A DNA stretch of 64,000 nucleotides from the IMG/VR virus record IMGVR_UViG_2772190613_000004; one strand, given 5' to 3'. This DNA is from a virus. This document shows positions 38,822 through 47,062 of the stretch, piece by piece. The notes below the pieces were generated by a model. That model worked only from the letters and a program-made list of their open reading frames with translations, was not told the origin of the DNA and searched no databases. How positions within the stretch are numbered: the stretch's first letter is position 1; each line of letters opens with the position of its first letter. The position numbers and the translations under genes are program-made.

Positions 38822-40363
38822 TCAACTGATCTTGCGCGACATCCAATCGCCCAGGTCCACCACCGAGCCACCGCCACCGAACGCGCCCGGCATCGCCTGG
38901 CCAGTGCCACTGCCGAATTGTTCCCCGCCCGGTGCCGCGATGTCCCACTCCAGCCCAGCCGCGTGCACGCACTCATCATGGCCAATCACCAGCGCCGCCA
39001 GGTTGTCCGGCTGATGCTGGCCCGCCTGCCACGCCACCGCTTTGGTCTCGAAATCAGGGAAATGCCCCGCCAGACGGCAGGTTCCGGTTTCCAGCGCCTG
39101 CAGCAATGCCGCCGAACGGGCCACCGCATCCCCCACCCGCGCGCGGCCTTTCGGCGGCCACGACGTCACCCGAATCTCACGGCCCAACGTGCCTGCCTCG
39201 ACCGCCCGCCCGATCGCCGCCCGAACCACCCGCACATACGTCTCCCGCGCGGAAAACCCCTCCACCGTGATCTGACTCGCCCCCACCTTCACCGCGAGGT
39301 CCACCGCAGCCACGGCCCACGCGTCCGACGTCATCGGCGCCGAAATGTCCGCGATCATCGCCACCACACCGCCAGCCGTCATCGACGTCGCCACCAAACC
39401 GCACGAGTCGCCCTCACCCGAATCGCTCGGGTCCACCGCCACCACCGTGAACACCGGGGAGCTCGGCGCAACCGGCAACCGCCAGCGTTCCAACCACGCC
39501 GCCTTCACCAAGCTGCCCGCCGGGGTCTTCGGCTCACCGCAATACAGCGCGAACCACACCCGCTCCCCCACCATGCGGCGCGTCGCCGCGAAATCCGCTG
39601 CCGTGTAGCCCAGCGCCGAGATCATCGCAACGCCCGGAGGCCGACCCAACGCGTCAGGAATCTTCGCGTCGCTCACGGCGGGAATGTTGGTGCGCCGCCA
39701 CCGCTTCGGATCCTGCTTCAACAACGCGCCAGCCAAATCCTCCTCATGCCACCGCGTCATCACCAACAGGATCGAGCCGCCCGGATGCACACGCGTCGAC
39801 AACGTCGACTGAAACTCGTTCAGCACACGCTTGCGGTGCGCCTTCGAATCCGCCTCCGCCGCATCCTTAACCGGGTCATCGATGATCATCAGATCCGCAC
39901 CGAAACCCGTCACACCCGAGTTGATGCCCGTCGCCAGGACGCCACCCTCGTGGCCCTCGACGCGCCACTGCCCTACCGCCGTCTTGTCCCGCGCCAACCG
40001 GAAGCCGAGAAAGTCGCCGTGCTCGTTGATGATCTTGCGGACCTCACGAGAATGCACCTGCGCCAACTCATCCGAGTAGGACACGATCACGATTTCGAGG
40101 TCAGGGTTTTCCATCAGCGCCCAGACGGACGTCCAGATGGCCAGCATGCGGGACTTGCCGGTCCGCGGCGGAGTCGACACCGCGTCACGCTCGTCAGGCT
40201 GTGTGACCGATCGGACCGCGAGGTCGGACAGCAGCCGAATCGTCGGCGTCACACGGAACTTCGGGTCCAGCAGACGCGCCAGTTCGGCGGGTGACTTCGG
40301 CCGGCGTTGAGCACGCGTCGCCCGCACGTGCCGGATGGCCGTGAGCACCTGGACTGGATCCAC
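38822..40363 (-). CDS. terminase large subunit
   Basis: PPRTGKS Walker A, IIDDP, TRWH, VAVDP nuclease motif. Confidence 0.95.
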   Translation of the reverse strand: MDPVQVLTAIRHVRATRAQRRPKSPAELARLLDPKFRVTPTIRLLSDLAVRSVTQPDERDAVSTPPRTGKSRMLAIWTSVWALMENPDLEIVIVSYSDELAQVHSREVRKIINEHGDFLGFRLARDKTAVGQWRVEGHEGGVLATGINSGVTGFGADLMIIDDPVKDAAEADSKAHRKRVLNEFQSTLSTRVHPGGSILLVMTRWHEEDLAGALLKQDPKRWRRTNIPAVSDAKIPDALGRPPGVAMISALGYTAADFAATRRMVGERVWFALYCGEPKTPAGSLVKAAWLERWRLPVAPSSPVFTVVAVDPSDSGEGDSCGLVATSMTAGGVVAMIADISAPMTSDAWAVAAVDLAVKVGASQITVEGFSARETYVRVVRAAIGRAVEAGTLGREIRVTSWPPKGRARVGDAVARSAALLQALETGTCRLAGHFPDFETKAVAWQAGQHQPDNLAALVIGHDECVHAAGLEWDIAAPGGEQFGSGTGQAMPGAFGGGGSVVDLGDWMSRKIS

Positions 40364-40394
40364 GGCGACCAGAGTGGCAGGGCGCGGTGAGCGC

Positions 40395-40988
40395 TCAGCC
40401 GACGATCCTTACCTTCCGAACACCCTCGACAACGTCTGCGATCACCTGATCCACCGAAAGCCCACTCCGTTCGGCGGAATGCTCAGCGAGCGTGCGCGCC
40501 ACATTTGCCAGGCCCGTGATGATGTCCGGAGCCACCTTCGCAAACGCTGCATCCGTCGCACGGGGCCCACCTGGGACCAACTTCGCGACCTCCATAGTCG
40601 CTGCGGCGGCGCTCTCCTCCGGATCGCTGCTACTGACCGCGGCCCGCACGATATCGACAGCTTTCAACGCATTCACCTGCTGCTCGAGAGTCCATTCCGG
40701 CGCTGCATCCTCCCTGAGCATCTTCAACAGCCGGTCACGCGCCACGGTCGACGCAGGCAATCCCCGCCGCTCCGCTGCCCGCTCGACAGCTTCGAACTCG
40801 TCGGGGTTCAGTCGGACCTGCAGCACCTTGCTGCGCGCCCGGTTCGGCCGGCTCACGGTCACATGCGGGGGCAGCGGCGCCCCGTCGTCCTCGTCGTCGT
40901 AGGCGGCAGCCTCTGCGGCCCGGGCCTCTTCGTCCATCAGGTCGCGGAGCTCTTCGTTGCTCATCTTGTGCTGGTCCATCGTGATCAC
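40395..40988 (-). CDS. RHH (CopG-like) antitoxin with C-terminal extension
   Basis: Acidic N-terminus, SKVLQVRLNPDEFEAVERAA..STVAR. Confidence 0.75.
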   Translation of the reverse strand: MITMDQHKMSNEELRDLMDEEARAAEAAAYDDEDDGAPLPPHVTVSRPNRARSKVLQVRLNPDEFEAVERAAERRGLPASTVARDRLLKMLREDAAPEWTLEQQVNALKAVDIVRAAVSSSDPEESAAAATMEVAKLVPGGPRATDAAFAKVAPDIITGLANVARTLAEHSAERSGLSVDQVIADVVEGVRKVRIVG

Positions 40989-41263
40989 TCCTGTCCGAAG
41001 TAGTAGCGGCGGTCTTTACGGTTGGCGCGGAACGCGGTGGTGCCCTGCTGGACACCGTCGTTGTCGAAGTAGCTCAGAACGCTGAGCAGGTCGCCGTAGC
41101 TGGCGGAGTAGCCGATGGTGCGGATGCCGAGGCCGGACTTGCTGTTGTAGTCGGGGTTGATGGTGAGCGCGTCCTCGTGGGCGAACGCTTCGTCGGCCTG
41201 GGCGGTGGTGACACCGTGGCGGGCCAGATGTTCGTCGCGGTCCGTGTCCCAGTGCAGCGCCAT
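40985..41263 (-). CDS. BrnT-like RNase toxin
   Basis: W..HLARHGV..E..RTIGYS..TAFRA; sits upstream of the RHH gene. Confidence 0.75.
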   Translation of the reverse strand: MALHWDTDRDEHLARHGVTTAQADEAFAHEDALTINPDYNSKSGLGIRTIGYSASYGDLLSVLSYFDNDGVQQGTTAFRANRKDRRYYFGQE

Positions 41264-41298
41264 ACCAAGAGTGTATTACAGATGTAATACAGATGCAA
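41264..41298 (-). promoter_or_regulatory. SigA-type leaderless promoter with palindromic operator
   Basis: TTGCAT-N17-TACACT-N6-ATG; TGTATTACA-N2-TGTAATACA at 41272-41291. Confidence 0.85.
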
Positions 41299-41301
41299 GG
41301 G

Positions 41302-41472
41302 TTAGGACGCGCTGCCTGCGGTCTCCGCGATGAACGCCTGCCGAGCTTCCTCGAACGAGCAGTACGTGCCATGCCGGCCCGCATAAATCCGATCCGGCGG
41401 GAACACATCCCACCGGCACCCAACCGTGCGTGCGATCACCCACCTACCGCCGTCACCCCACACTCCGGCCAT
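41302..41472 (-). CDS. hypothetical protein
   Basis: TGATG coupling. Confidence 0.55.
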   Translation of the reverse strand: MAGVWGDGGRWVIARTVGCRWDVFPPDRIYAGRHGTYCSFEEARQAFIAETAGSAS

Positions 41473-41792
41473 CACCCGTCGAGCCGCCATTCATCGAGCA
41501 CCCGCGGATTGCCGCAGTGGTCACACACCGCCACCACGCGCCACCGATTCCACGACTCCGCACCCTCACTGGTGTTCCGGATCTCCGACCACACCAACGT
41601 CTGCGCGGCCCGTCGCCACTCATGGTCCAGGCCCTCGACGCACGGCGGATCCATGAACACCCCGACGGCACGCTGCGCCAGCTCCAGGACGGCCTCGACG
41701 TCGTCCGCGTCCGCGTCGCTGTCCATCACCAGCTCGTCCATCAGCGCCTCGTGAACCTTGGCAGTCAGCTCGGCACGCACGTCGTCACTCAT
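41472..41792 (-). CDS. hypothetical Zn-binding protein
   Basis: C..H.W..CDHCG. Confidence 0.65.
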   Translation of the reverse strand: MSDDVRAELTAKVHEALMDELVMDSDADADDVEAVLELAQRAVGVFMDPPCVEGLDHEWRRAAQTLVWSEIRNTSEGAESWNRWRVVAVCDHCGNPRVLDEWRLDG

Positions 41793-42033
41793 CGCCACCT
41801 ACCTCATCGTCGGGGATCTCCGGCAGCTCACCGAACCGGTCCGCATCGGCCGCGAGCGCTAGGTACATCGTCGCCAGCGAAGCCGCCAAGATCGCCTCCG
41901 CCGGATTATCGTCAGCAGCCTTCTGCGCGGCCCGCGCTTCCTCACGGGCATACCTCCGCCACCGCACAATCCGCTCAGGAATCGAGAAGTCCACGATCGG
42001 GCGGTCAGCCTCACCCGAACTGTCGCCCATCAC
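41785..42033 (-). CDS. hypothetical protein
   Basis: GTGA overlap with the resolvase stop. Confidence 0.65.
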   Translation of the reverse strand: MMGDSSGEADRPIVDFSIPERIVRWRRYAREEARAAQKAADDNPAEAILAASLATMYLALAADADRFGELPEIPDDEVGGDE

Positions 42034-42599
42034 TCGCTCCCCTCGGCCAATGTCCGGTAGAGCGTCGCACGCGACACCCCGAGCTGCGCCGCGATATCCG
42101 GCATCGGCTGGCCCGCAGACCGCAGCTGCTCCGCCATCTCGACCTGCTGCGCCGTCAACGCTTTCGGCCGGCCGATCGGCAGGCCACGTGCCCGCCGGGC
42201 CGACTTCGACGCGGCCCGGCGTTCCCGCTGCAACTCCAGCTCCAGCTCGGCGAGTGAGGCCAGGACGCCGGCGATCATGCGGCCCGTCGCGTTGGAGGTG
42301 TCGATGCCCTCACGGAGCGATCGCAGCACGATGCCCCGTTCCCCGAGGTCTCGGATGGTCATCATCACCTCGGCAGCGTTGCGGCCCAGGCGGTCGATGC
42401 CGACGACCACGATGGTGTCGCCCTCGCGGGCGTAGTCGAGCAGGGCAGCGAGGCCGGGTCGCTGCTCCCGTGTGCTGGTGCCGGTCAGCTTGTCGTCGTA
42501 GACCTTGGTGACCCCGACGGCCTCCAGTGCGTCGTGCTGCTGGTCGAGGGACTGGTGTCCGGTGGAGACTCGGGCGTAGCCGAGCAGCGCGCCGTCCAT
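42030..42599 (-). CDS. small serine recombinase (resolvase/invertase family)
   Basis: GYARVST, RPGL, DRLGR, GRPK, C-terminal HTH GVSRATLYR. Confidence 0.95.
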   Translation of the reverse strand: MDGALLGYARVSTGHQSLDQQHDALEAVGVTKVYDDKLTGTSTREQRPGLAALLDYAREGDTIVVVGIDRLGRNAAEVMMTIRDLGERGIVLRSLREGIDTSNATGRMIAGVLASLAELELELQRERRAASKSARRARGLPIGRPKALTAQQVEMAEQLRSAGQPMPDIAAQLGVSRATLYRTLAEGSE

Positions 42600-42832
42600 C
42601 AGGCCGCCCCGAGCCATTCCGGGGTGGCGTACGGGTCGGGGTGGCCGCTGATCTTCCAGGCCGCGACGCTGGCGGCGTCGGTGCGGGCCATCTCCGCGAT
42701 CGCCACCCATACCGGGTGGTGGGCGGTGAGCTTGGCGGCGTACTCGCATTTGAAGTCGTGATAGTCGAGTCCGGCGGCGACGATGGTCTGGATGACCTCG
42801 TCGCTGGTGATCGGGGCGGTGGTCTCGGGCAT
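42599..42832 (-). CDS. hypothetical protein co-transcribed with the resolvase
   Basis: TAGGCT-N6-ATG; TGATG coupling. Confidence 0.7.
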   Translation of the reverse strand: MPETTAPITSDEVIQTIVAAGLDYHDFKCEYAAKLTAHHPVWVAIAEMARTDAASVAAWKISGHPDPYATPEWLGAA

Positions 42833-42842
42833 GACCCAAGCC

Positions 42843-42963
42843 TATCTCAAAAGTTTTCGAGACACCATATCGATACGCGACAACTTTTGAGAAAATTGAC
42901 CAGCGGATACACCGCACCCAGCGCCACCCTAGACGGTCGTCCCGAAACTAAAGTTCTGAGACA
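42843..42963. promoter_or_regulatory. putative res site (three subsites)
   Basis: AT-rich imperfect palindromes TCTCAAAAGTTTTCGAGA, AACTTTTGAGA, GTCCCGAAAC-TAAA-GTTCTGAGAC. Confidence 0.75.
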
Positions 42964-43421
42964 TCCTCAGGCGGCCCATCACGCACCTCGACCGGCTCGC
43001 CGGTGTCGTTGACCATCGACTCACCCGGCGGCAGCTCGCCGCCCGCATCGAACGGCTGCACCGGCCAGGCCAGTACCTCGTCGCACGCCTCCGCCGTCCA
43101 CTCCCCCGCGTCGGCGTCCGGCTCAGCCTCGACGCCTTCGGCCGCGCGGGTCACCGCCAGCCACTCCGCCAGCTCACCGGCCGGGATGCCACCACCGACG
43201 GCGAGCACCTGGCGCGCCACGTCCACATGCAGATCCCACAGCGGATCGTCGGGGCCCTCGACACGACCGAACAGCGCCCGAGCCTCAGCGGCCGCAGCGG
43301 CGTCGAGCGCGGCCGGGTCGAGCCGGCCCGTCGCGATGTCCTCGGCCAGCGACATCGCCGCATCCACGCCGGCCTTTTTCGCGGCCTTCGTCGCGGCCTT
43401 GAGCTGCTCCACGGTCGTCAT
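42948..43421 (-). CDS. hypothetical protein coupled to TerS
   Basis: ATGA overlap. Confidence 0.75.
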   Translation of the reverse strand: MTTVEQLKAATKAAKKAGVDAAMSLAEDIATGRLDPAALDAAAAAEARALFGRVEGPDDPLWDLHVDVARQVLAVGGGIPAGELAEWLAVTRAAEGVEAEPDADAGEWTAEACDEVLAWPVQPFDAGGELPPGESMVNDTGEPVEVRDGPPEDVSEL

Positions 43422-43888
43422 CGCTCCAGCTCCTCAGGTAGCGGCACGATCTCGGCGTCGATCGCGGCCTGCAGCTTCGCCCGGGTGTCGGTGATCATCT
43501 CCACCACCGTCTGCGTCACGTTCAGATCCACCACCTGCGGCACCGCGATGTGCAGGCCTTCGAGCTTCGCGCGCTTGTCGACGCCGTCGAGCACCACCTT
43601 GCCCAGCTCGGCCGCGTCACGGAACTTGCCCGCCTCGATCGCGTCGACCATGCAGTCGTGAAGCCGGGCCGTCGTGTCCGCCAGGAGATCCCCTCGGGCG
43701 CGCCGCATGGTGTCGATGTCGGCCGGCGGGTTCTTCTCCAGGTAGGACTTCACGGCCTTGTTGGCTGACTGCCGCGATTTGAACCCGAGCTCGTCGGCGA
43801 TCTCCTGCCACGTCCTCCCACGCACGTGGAGCCGCCAGGCCTCAGCGGCGCGGGCTGTGCTGCTTTTGCGGTCCATGACTGGGGGCAT
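43418..43888 (-). CDS. terminase small subunit (HTH)
   Basis: GRTWQEIADELGF, RAKLEGL; position. Confidence 0.75.
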   Translation of the reverse strand: MPPVMDRKSSTARAAEAWRLHVRGRTWQEIADELGFKSRQSANKAVKSYLEKNPPADIDTMRRARGDLLADTTARLHDCMVDAIEAGKFRDAAELGKVVLDGVDKRAKLEGLHIAVPQVVDLNVTQTVVEMITDTRAKLQAAIDAEIVPLPEELER

Positions 43889-44018
43889 GTGGTGGATTTT
43901 CTGGGGTGGGGGTGCTGGGTGTGTGGACTGTGGTCCGGTTGCGGTTGGGCCGTTTTGGGGTGTCGGGCTGAATCACAAGCGTGTGCTTTTGGGGCCGGAA
44001 TGCGATTCTGCGGGACTT

Positions 44019-44285
44019 TTAGGGTGTGCCTGGTGTCTTGGTGGCGGGCCAGCCCATTTGGGCTCTGATTTCGTTGATGTGTCGGCGTGCTGCTGCGCGG
44101 TGGTCGGTGTGGTCGCAGACGTGGGTGTCTCGGTAGCCGTCGGTGTCGCAGAGCGGGCAGTTGGCGATGGCGGCGAGTCGGTCGGCGTGGCGTCGGCGGT
44201 TTTGTTCGGATGACCAGATTTGGTCGGGTGTGGGGCCGGTGGCTTGGCGTTCGTCGGCGTGGGGGTCGTAGGGGTCGCGCATCAC
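44019..44285 (-). CDS. Zn-finger hypothetical protein
   Basis: CPLCDTDGY..CDH; coupled. Confidence 0.7.
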   Translation of the reverse strand: MMRDPYDPHADERQATGPTPDQIWSSEQNRRRHADRLAAIANCPLCDTDGYRDTHVCDHTDHRAAARRHINEIRAQMGWPATKTPGTP

Positions 44286-44653
44286 TCGATGGCCTTTCCG
44301 AATCCGCTTGTGATGGCGGCGAGTTTGGCGTGGTTGCGTGCTTCGAGGGCAGCGTCTTGGCGGTCTTCGCGGGCTTCGCGTTCGGCTCGGGATTCGGCTT
44401 GGCAGCGTTGGGCGCGGTATTCGCGTGCGGCGGTGATGATCTCTGCGGGCTCTGGGGCTTCGGCGTTTCCGAGTGCGCGGCGCTTGACTCCGGCGAGTAG
44501 GTCGGGCAGTTCGAGCCCGTACTGGCTGAACAGTTCGGCCCAGATGGTGGCGGTCGCGATGGTGGCTTCTCGGTCGTCCATGCGGGGTGCGGTGCGGTGG
44601 TGGCAGGCGACGATGAGGGTCATGACTTCGAGGGCGTCGGCGACGGTGGTCAT
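44282..44653 (-). CDS. helicase loader/inhibitor-like protein
   Basis: Follows the initiator; WAELF..PAEII. Confidence 0.6.
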   Translation of the reverse strand: MTTVADALEVMTLIVACHHRTAPRMDDREATIATATIWAELFSQYGLELPDLLAGVKRRALGNAEAPEPAEIITAAREYRAQRCQAESRAEREAREDRQDAALEARNHAKLAAITSGFGKAIE

Positions 44654-45714
44654 GGGGTGAGTTCCTTCCGCTGAGTGGATTCGATGTCGGCTTGCTGTTC
44701 TTGGGCGCGGACTTGTTGTGCGAGTTCGGCGAGTCCGCGCATTTTGTGGACGGGGCGGCCGTTGTTGCCGGGGGTGGCGCGTTGGTTCTTGACGAGGTCG
44801 CCGAGGACGGTGGGGAGCCATTCGGGGCGTGCGTCGGTGCGCTTGTCCCATTCGGTGAGTGCTTGGCGGATGAGTGCGTCGGGGTGTCCTTCGCGGGTGA
44901 GGTTTTCGACTTGGCGGGCGAGGCGGTCGACGAATGTGCGGGGGTAGGCGGCGAGGCCGGTGTTGCCGAGGGTTTGGCGGACGACGGTCTTGGCGGCCTG
45001 GCTGGGTTGGCGCGGTGTGGGCTTCGCTGCGGCGTTGTCGATGTGCTGGGGCACGGTCCCGTAGTCGTCGTCTGGCTCCGGCTCGGGTGGCAGCGGGATG
45101 TCGTTGTTGCCGCTCGGATTACTTACGTAAGAGTCGTCATTTAGGTGAGTAGAGATCTCTTTAGTTGGGTTGGTGTTGGGTAATACCCGGGACTCCCCGG
45201 GGGACATTTGGGTGGTTGCGCTGGTGGGGGCGCTTTCGGTATGCGCGTTTTCGTCTATGTACCGCCCGTTGTATTGCGTCTGTACCGTGCGTTGTGTCGC
45301 GTCTTTTTGGGTGCTTCCGTTCCGGCTGTCCCCTGGGGACACTTCGGGGTTGTCCCCTGGGGACTCCCCTTGGGACGCGGCGCGCTGCGCGGCCTTCTTC
45401 TTCCGCCACTTCTCGCGGTCGGCTTCGATCTGCGCACGGGAGTCCTGGCGGCCCGGTCCGGTGAATTCGTGGAACTGGTAGCCCTTCTCGCCGTCGCGCT
45501 CGGCGCCGCCGTGCCACAGTCCGGCCGCGATCAGGCGCTTGGCCTTCGCCACGCCCTTCGGCTGCTGCTTCACCCACCAGTCCGGCACGAATCCGTCGGT
45601 GAGGTAGGCCATGCAGAACGATCCGGCGCGCACCCACATGCCGATCGCGTCGTCGCCGGCGCGCTGCGCCTTCGGGTGCCCGTGCAGTGCGTCATCGACG
45701 CGGAAGTGCGGCAC
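44650..45714 (-). CDS. replication initiator protein
   Basis: FRVDD..HPK..AIGMW..TDGFVP..LIAAGLW; internal iterons. Confidence 0.8.
   Translation of the reverse strand: MPHFRVDDALHGHPKAQRAGDDAIGMWVRAGSFCMAYLTDGFVPDWWVKQQPKGVAKAKRLIAAGLWHGGAERDGEKGYQFHEFTGPGRQDSRAQIEADREKWRKKKAAQRAASQGESPGDNPEVSPGDSRNGSTQKDATQRTVQTQYNGRYIDENAHTESAPTSATTQMSPGESRVLPNTNPTKEISTHLNDDSYVSNPSGNNDIPLPPEPEPDDDYGTVPQHIDNAAAKPTPRQPSQAAKTVVRQTLGNTGLAAYPRTFVDRLARQVENLTREGHPDALIRQALTEWDKRTDARPEWLPTVLGDLVKNQRATPGNNGRPVHKMRGLAELAQQVRAQEQQADIESTQRKELTP
45117..45376. repeat. putative origin: palindromic iterons plus AT-rich tract
   Basis: GTCCCCTGGGGAC at 45328 and 45352; variants at 45362 and 45191; AT-rich 45117-45185. Confidence 0.7.
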
Positions 45715-45908
45715 TACCTCACCGCCGATTCAGGGTTGGTGGGTGTGAGCATGGCGTCGATCTCGTTGAGGTCGTAGCGGATCAGGCGCGGGCCGACGTT
45801 ATGGGCGGTGAGTTCGCCGCGGGCGGTCATGCGTTGGACGGTCTTGACGCTGACGCGGATGTGTTCGGCCACTTCCTCTTTGGTGGCCCATCGCCGGGTG
45901 TTCGTCAC
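45714..45908 (-). CDS. excisionase-like HTH protein
   Basis: EVAEHIRVSVKTVQR..GEL..LIRY. Confidence 0.8.
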   Translation of the reverse strand: MTNTRRWATKEEVAEHIRVSVKTVQRMTARGELTAHNVGPRLIRYDLNEIDAMLTPTNPESAVR

Positions 45909-46096
45909 CTGTCCCCCTGCGGTCGTGTCATGTCCCGTTGTGTACCCGGTTGGGGTGCAGCGTCGGGATCGCTGTCCCACGTTGGACATTCGGGGTGGTG
46001 GCCCTGGGTGGGCTCGTGCCATCCGCAGTCGGCGCAGCGCTTCATAGCGATGAGTTGGGCGCGGGTGAACAGCAGGCGGATCTTCGGGTCGGTCAT
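45905..46096 (-). CDS. small Zn-binding protein
   Basis: RCADCGWHEPTQGHHPEC. Confidence 0.7.
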   Translation of the reverse strand: MTDPKIRLLFTRAQLIAMKRCADCGWHEPTQGHHPECPTWDSDPDAAPQPGTQRDMTRPQGDR

Positions 46097-46515
46097 CGGG
46101 GGGCTTCTGCATCGAGTTGCCCCGTCCGATACGACGCCTCAGCCACCGCGTCCTCACGTGCCTTCAGCCGTTCGACCTCGGCGCCGAGTTCAGCCAGCCT
46201 CTCCCATATCAATCCCCAGTCACCGTCGCCGTCCTCGTCGATCAGGTGGTGTAGACCGGACGCATCGAGAGCCATCCGGCATTGGCTCTCCACCACCTCG
46301 CCGAGCCTCCTGCATGCGCGCCGCGCTCGCTCCAACTCGGCGACCAGCTCAGGTACGAGAGTGCGCGCAGCGGCTATGAAATCGGCGTCCTGAGGCCTGA
46401 TTGCGCCGAGGCCGCATCGGATGGCGAGCGGGTAGATGAACCCATCTCGCACGTCCCACGGCTCCGGCGTGACGCCTTCCAGCGCGGCCTTCGCGCGCTC
46501 AACAACATCGCTCAT
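46093..46515 (-). CDS. Ead/Ea22-like protein
   Basis: TPEPW..DADFIAAARTLVPELVAE. Confidence 0.7.
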   Translation of the reverse strand: MSDVVERAKAALEGVTPEPWDVRDGFIYPLAIRCGLGAIRPQDADFIAAARTLVPELVAELERARRACRRLGEVVESQCRMALDASGLHHLIDEDGDGDWGLIWERLAELGAEVERLKAREDAVAEASYRTGQLDAEAPR

Positions 46516-46793
46516 CGTGTGTTCCTTCCGATTCGGTAGCCGCCTTTGGGCATGGGGCCGGGTGGTCGACGGGCGCGGCCCTTGTCCGTGCGTTCGAATC
46601 CGCCCCAGATGCCGTGGCGTTCGCGGCGAGCGTTGGCGTCGGCGAGGCATTGGAAGGTGACGGGGCACGCGGCGCAGATGGCTTTGGCTCGGGCTTCGGC
46701 GTGCACGTCGGAGGGGTTGGGGTACCAGATGTCCGGGTTGGGGTGGCCGCGGCATTCCGCCCGGGATCGCCATGTCGGGTCGGTGGTGGTCAT
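46512..46793 (-). CDS. whiB: WhiB family transcription factor
   Basis: Four Cys (AEC, CAACPV..C) and GIWGG. Confidence 0.9.
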   Translation of the reverse strand: MTTTDPTWRSRAECRGHPNPDIWYPNPSDVHAEARAKAICAACPVTFQCLADANARRERHGIWGGFERTDKGRARRPPGPMPKGGYRIGRNTR

Positions 46794-47062
46794 GAGGCTT
46801 CTCGCTCCCGCTCTTGGGCCGCGGCTGCTGCTGCTTGGGCGGCGATGCGGGCTCTGATGCGGGCCTGCAGCGCGGGGCTTTGGTGGGTGAGGTGCCAGTG
46901 CTCGCCGCACGGGCATAGGTAGGGGTAGAGGCGGTCTTTCTTCTCCCCGGCGGGAGGCCGTCGACGCCGTTGGTAGCGGTTGGCTTTGGCTTTCGATCGG
47001 TAAGTGCGTTTGTCCGGCGTCGGGCAGGTGATCTCGTCGCCGTCGCGCTCAGGCGCGGTCAT
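46790..47062 (-). CDS. Zn-finger hypothetical protein
   Basis: CPTPDK..YLCPCGEHWHLT. Confidence 0.75.
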   Translation of the reverse strand: MTAPERDGDEITCPTPDKRTYRSKAKANRYQRRRRPPAGEKKDRLYPYLCPCGEHWHLTHQSPALQARIRARIAAQAAAAAAQEREREAS

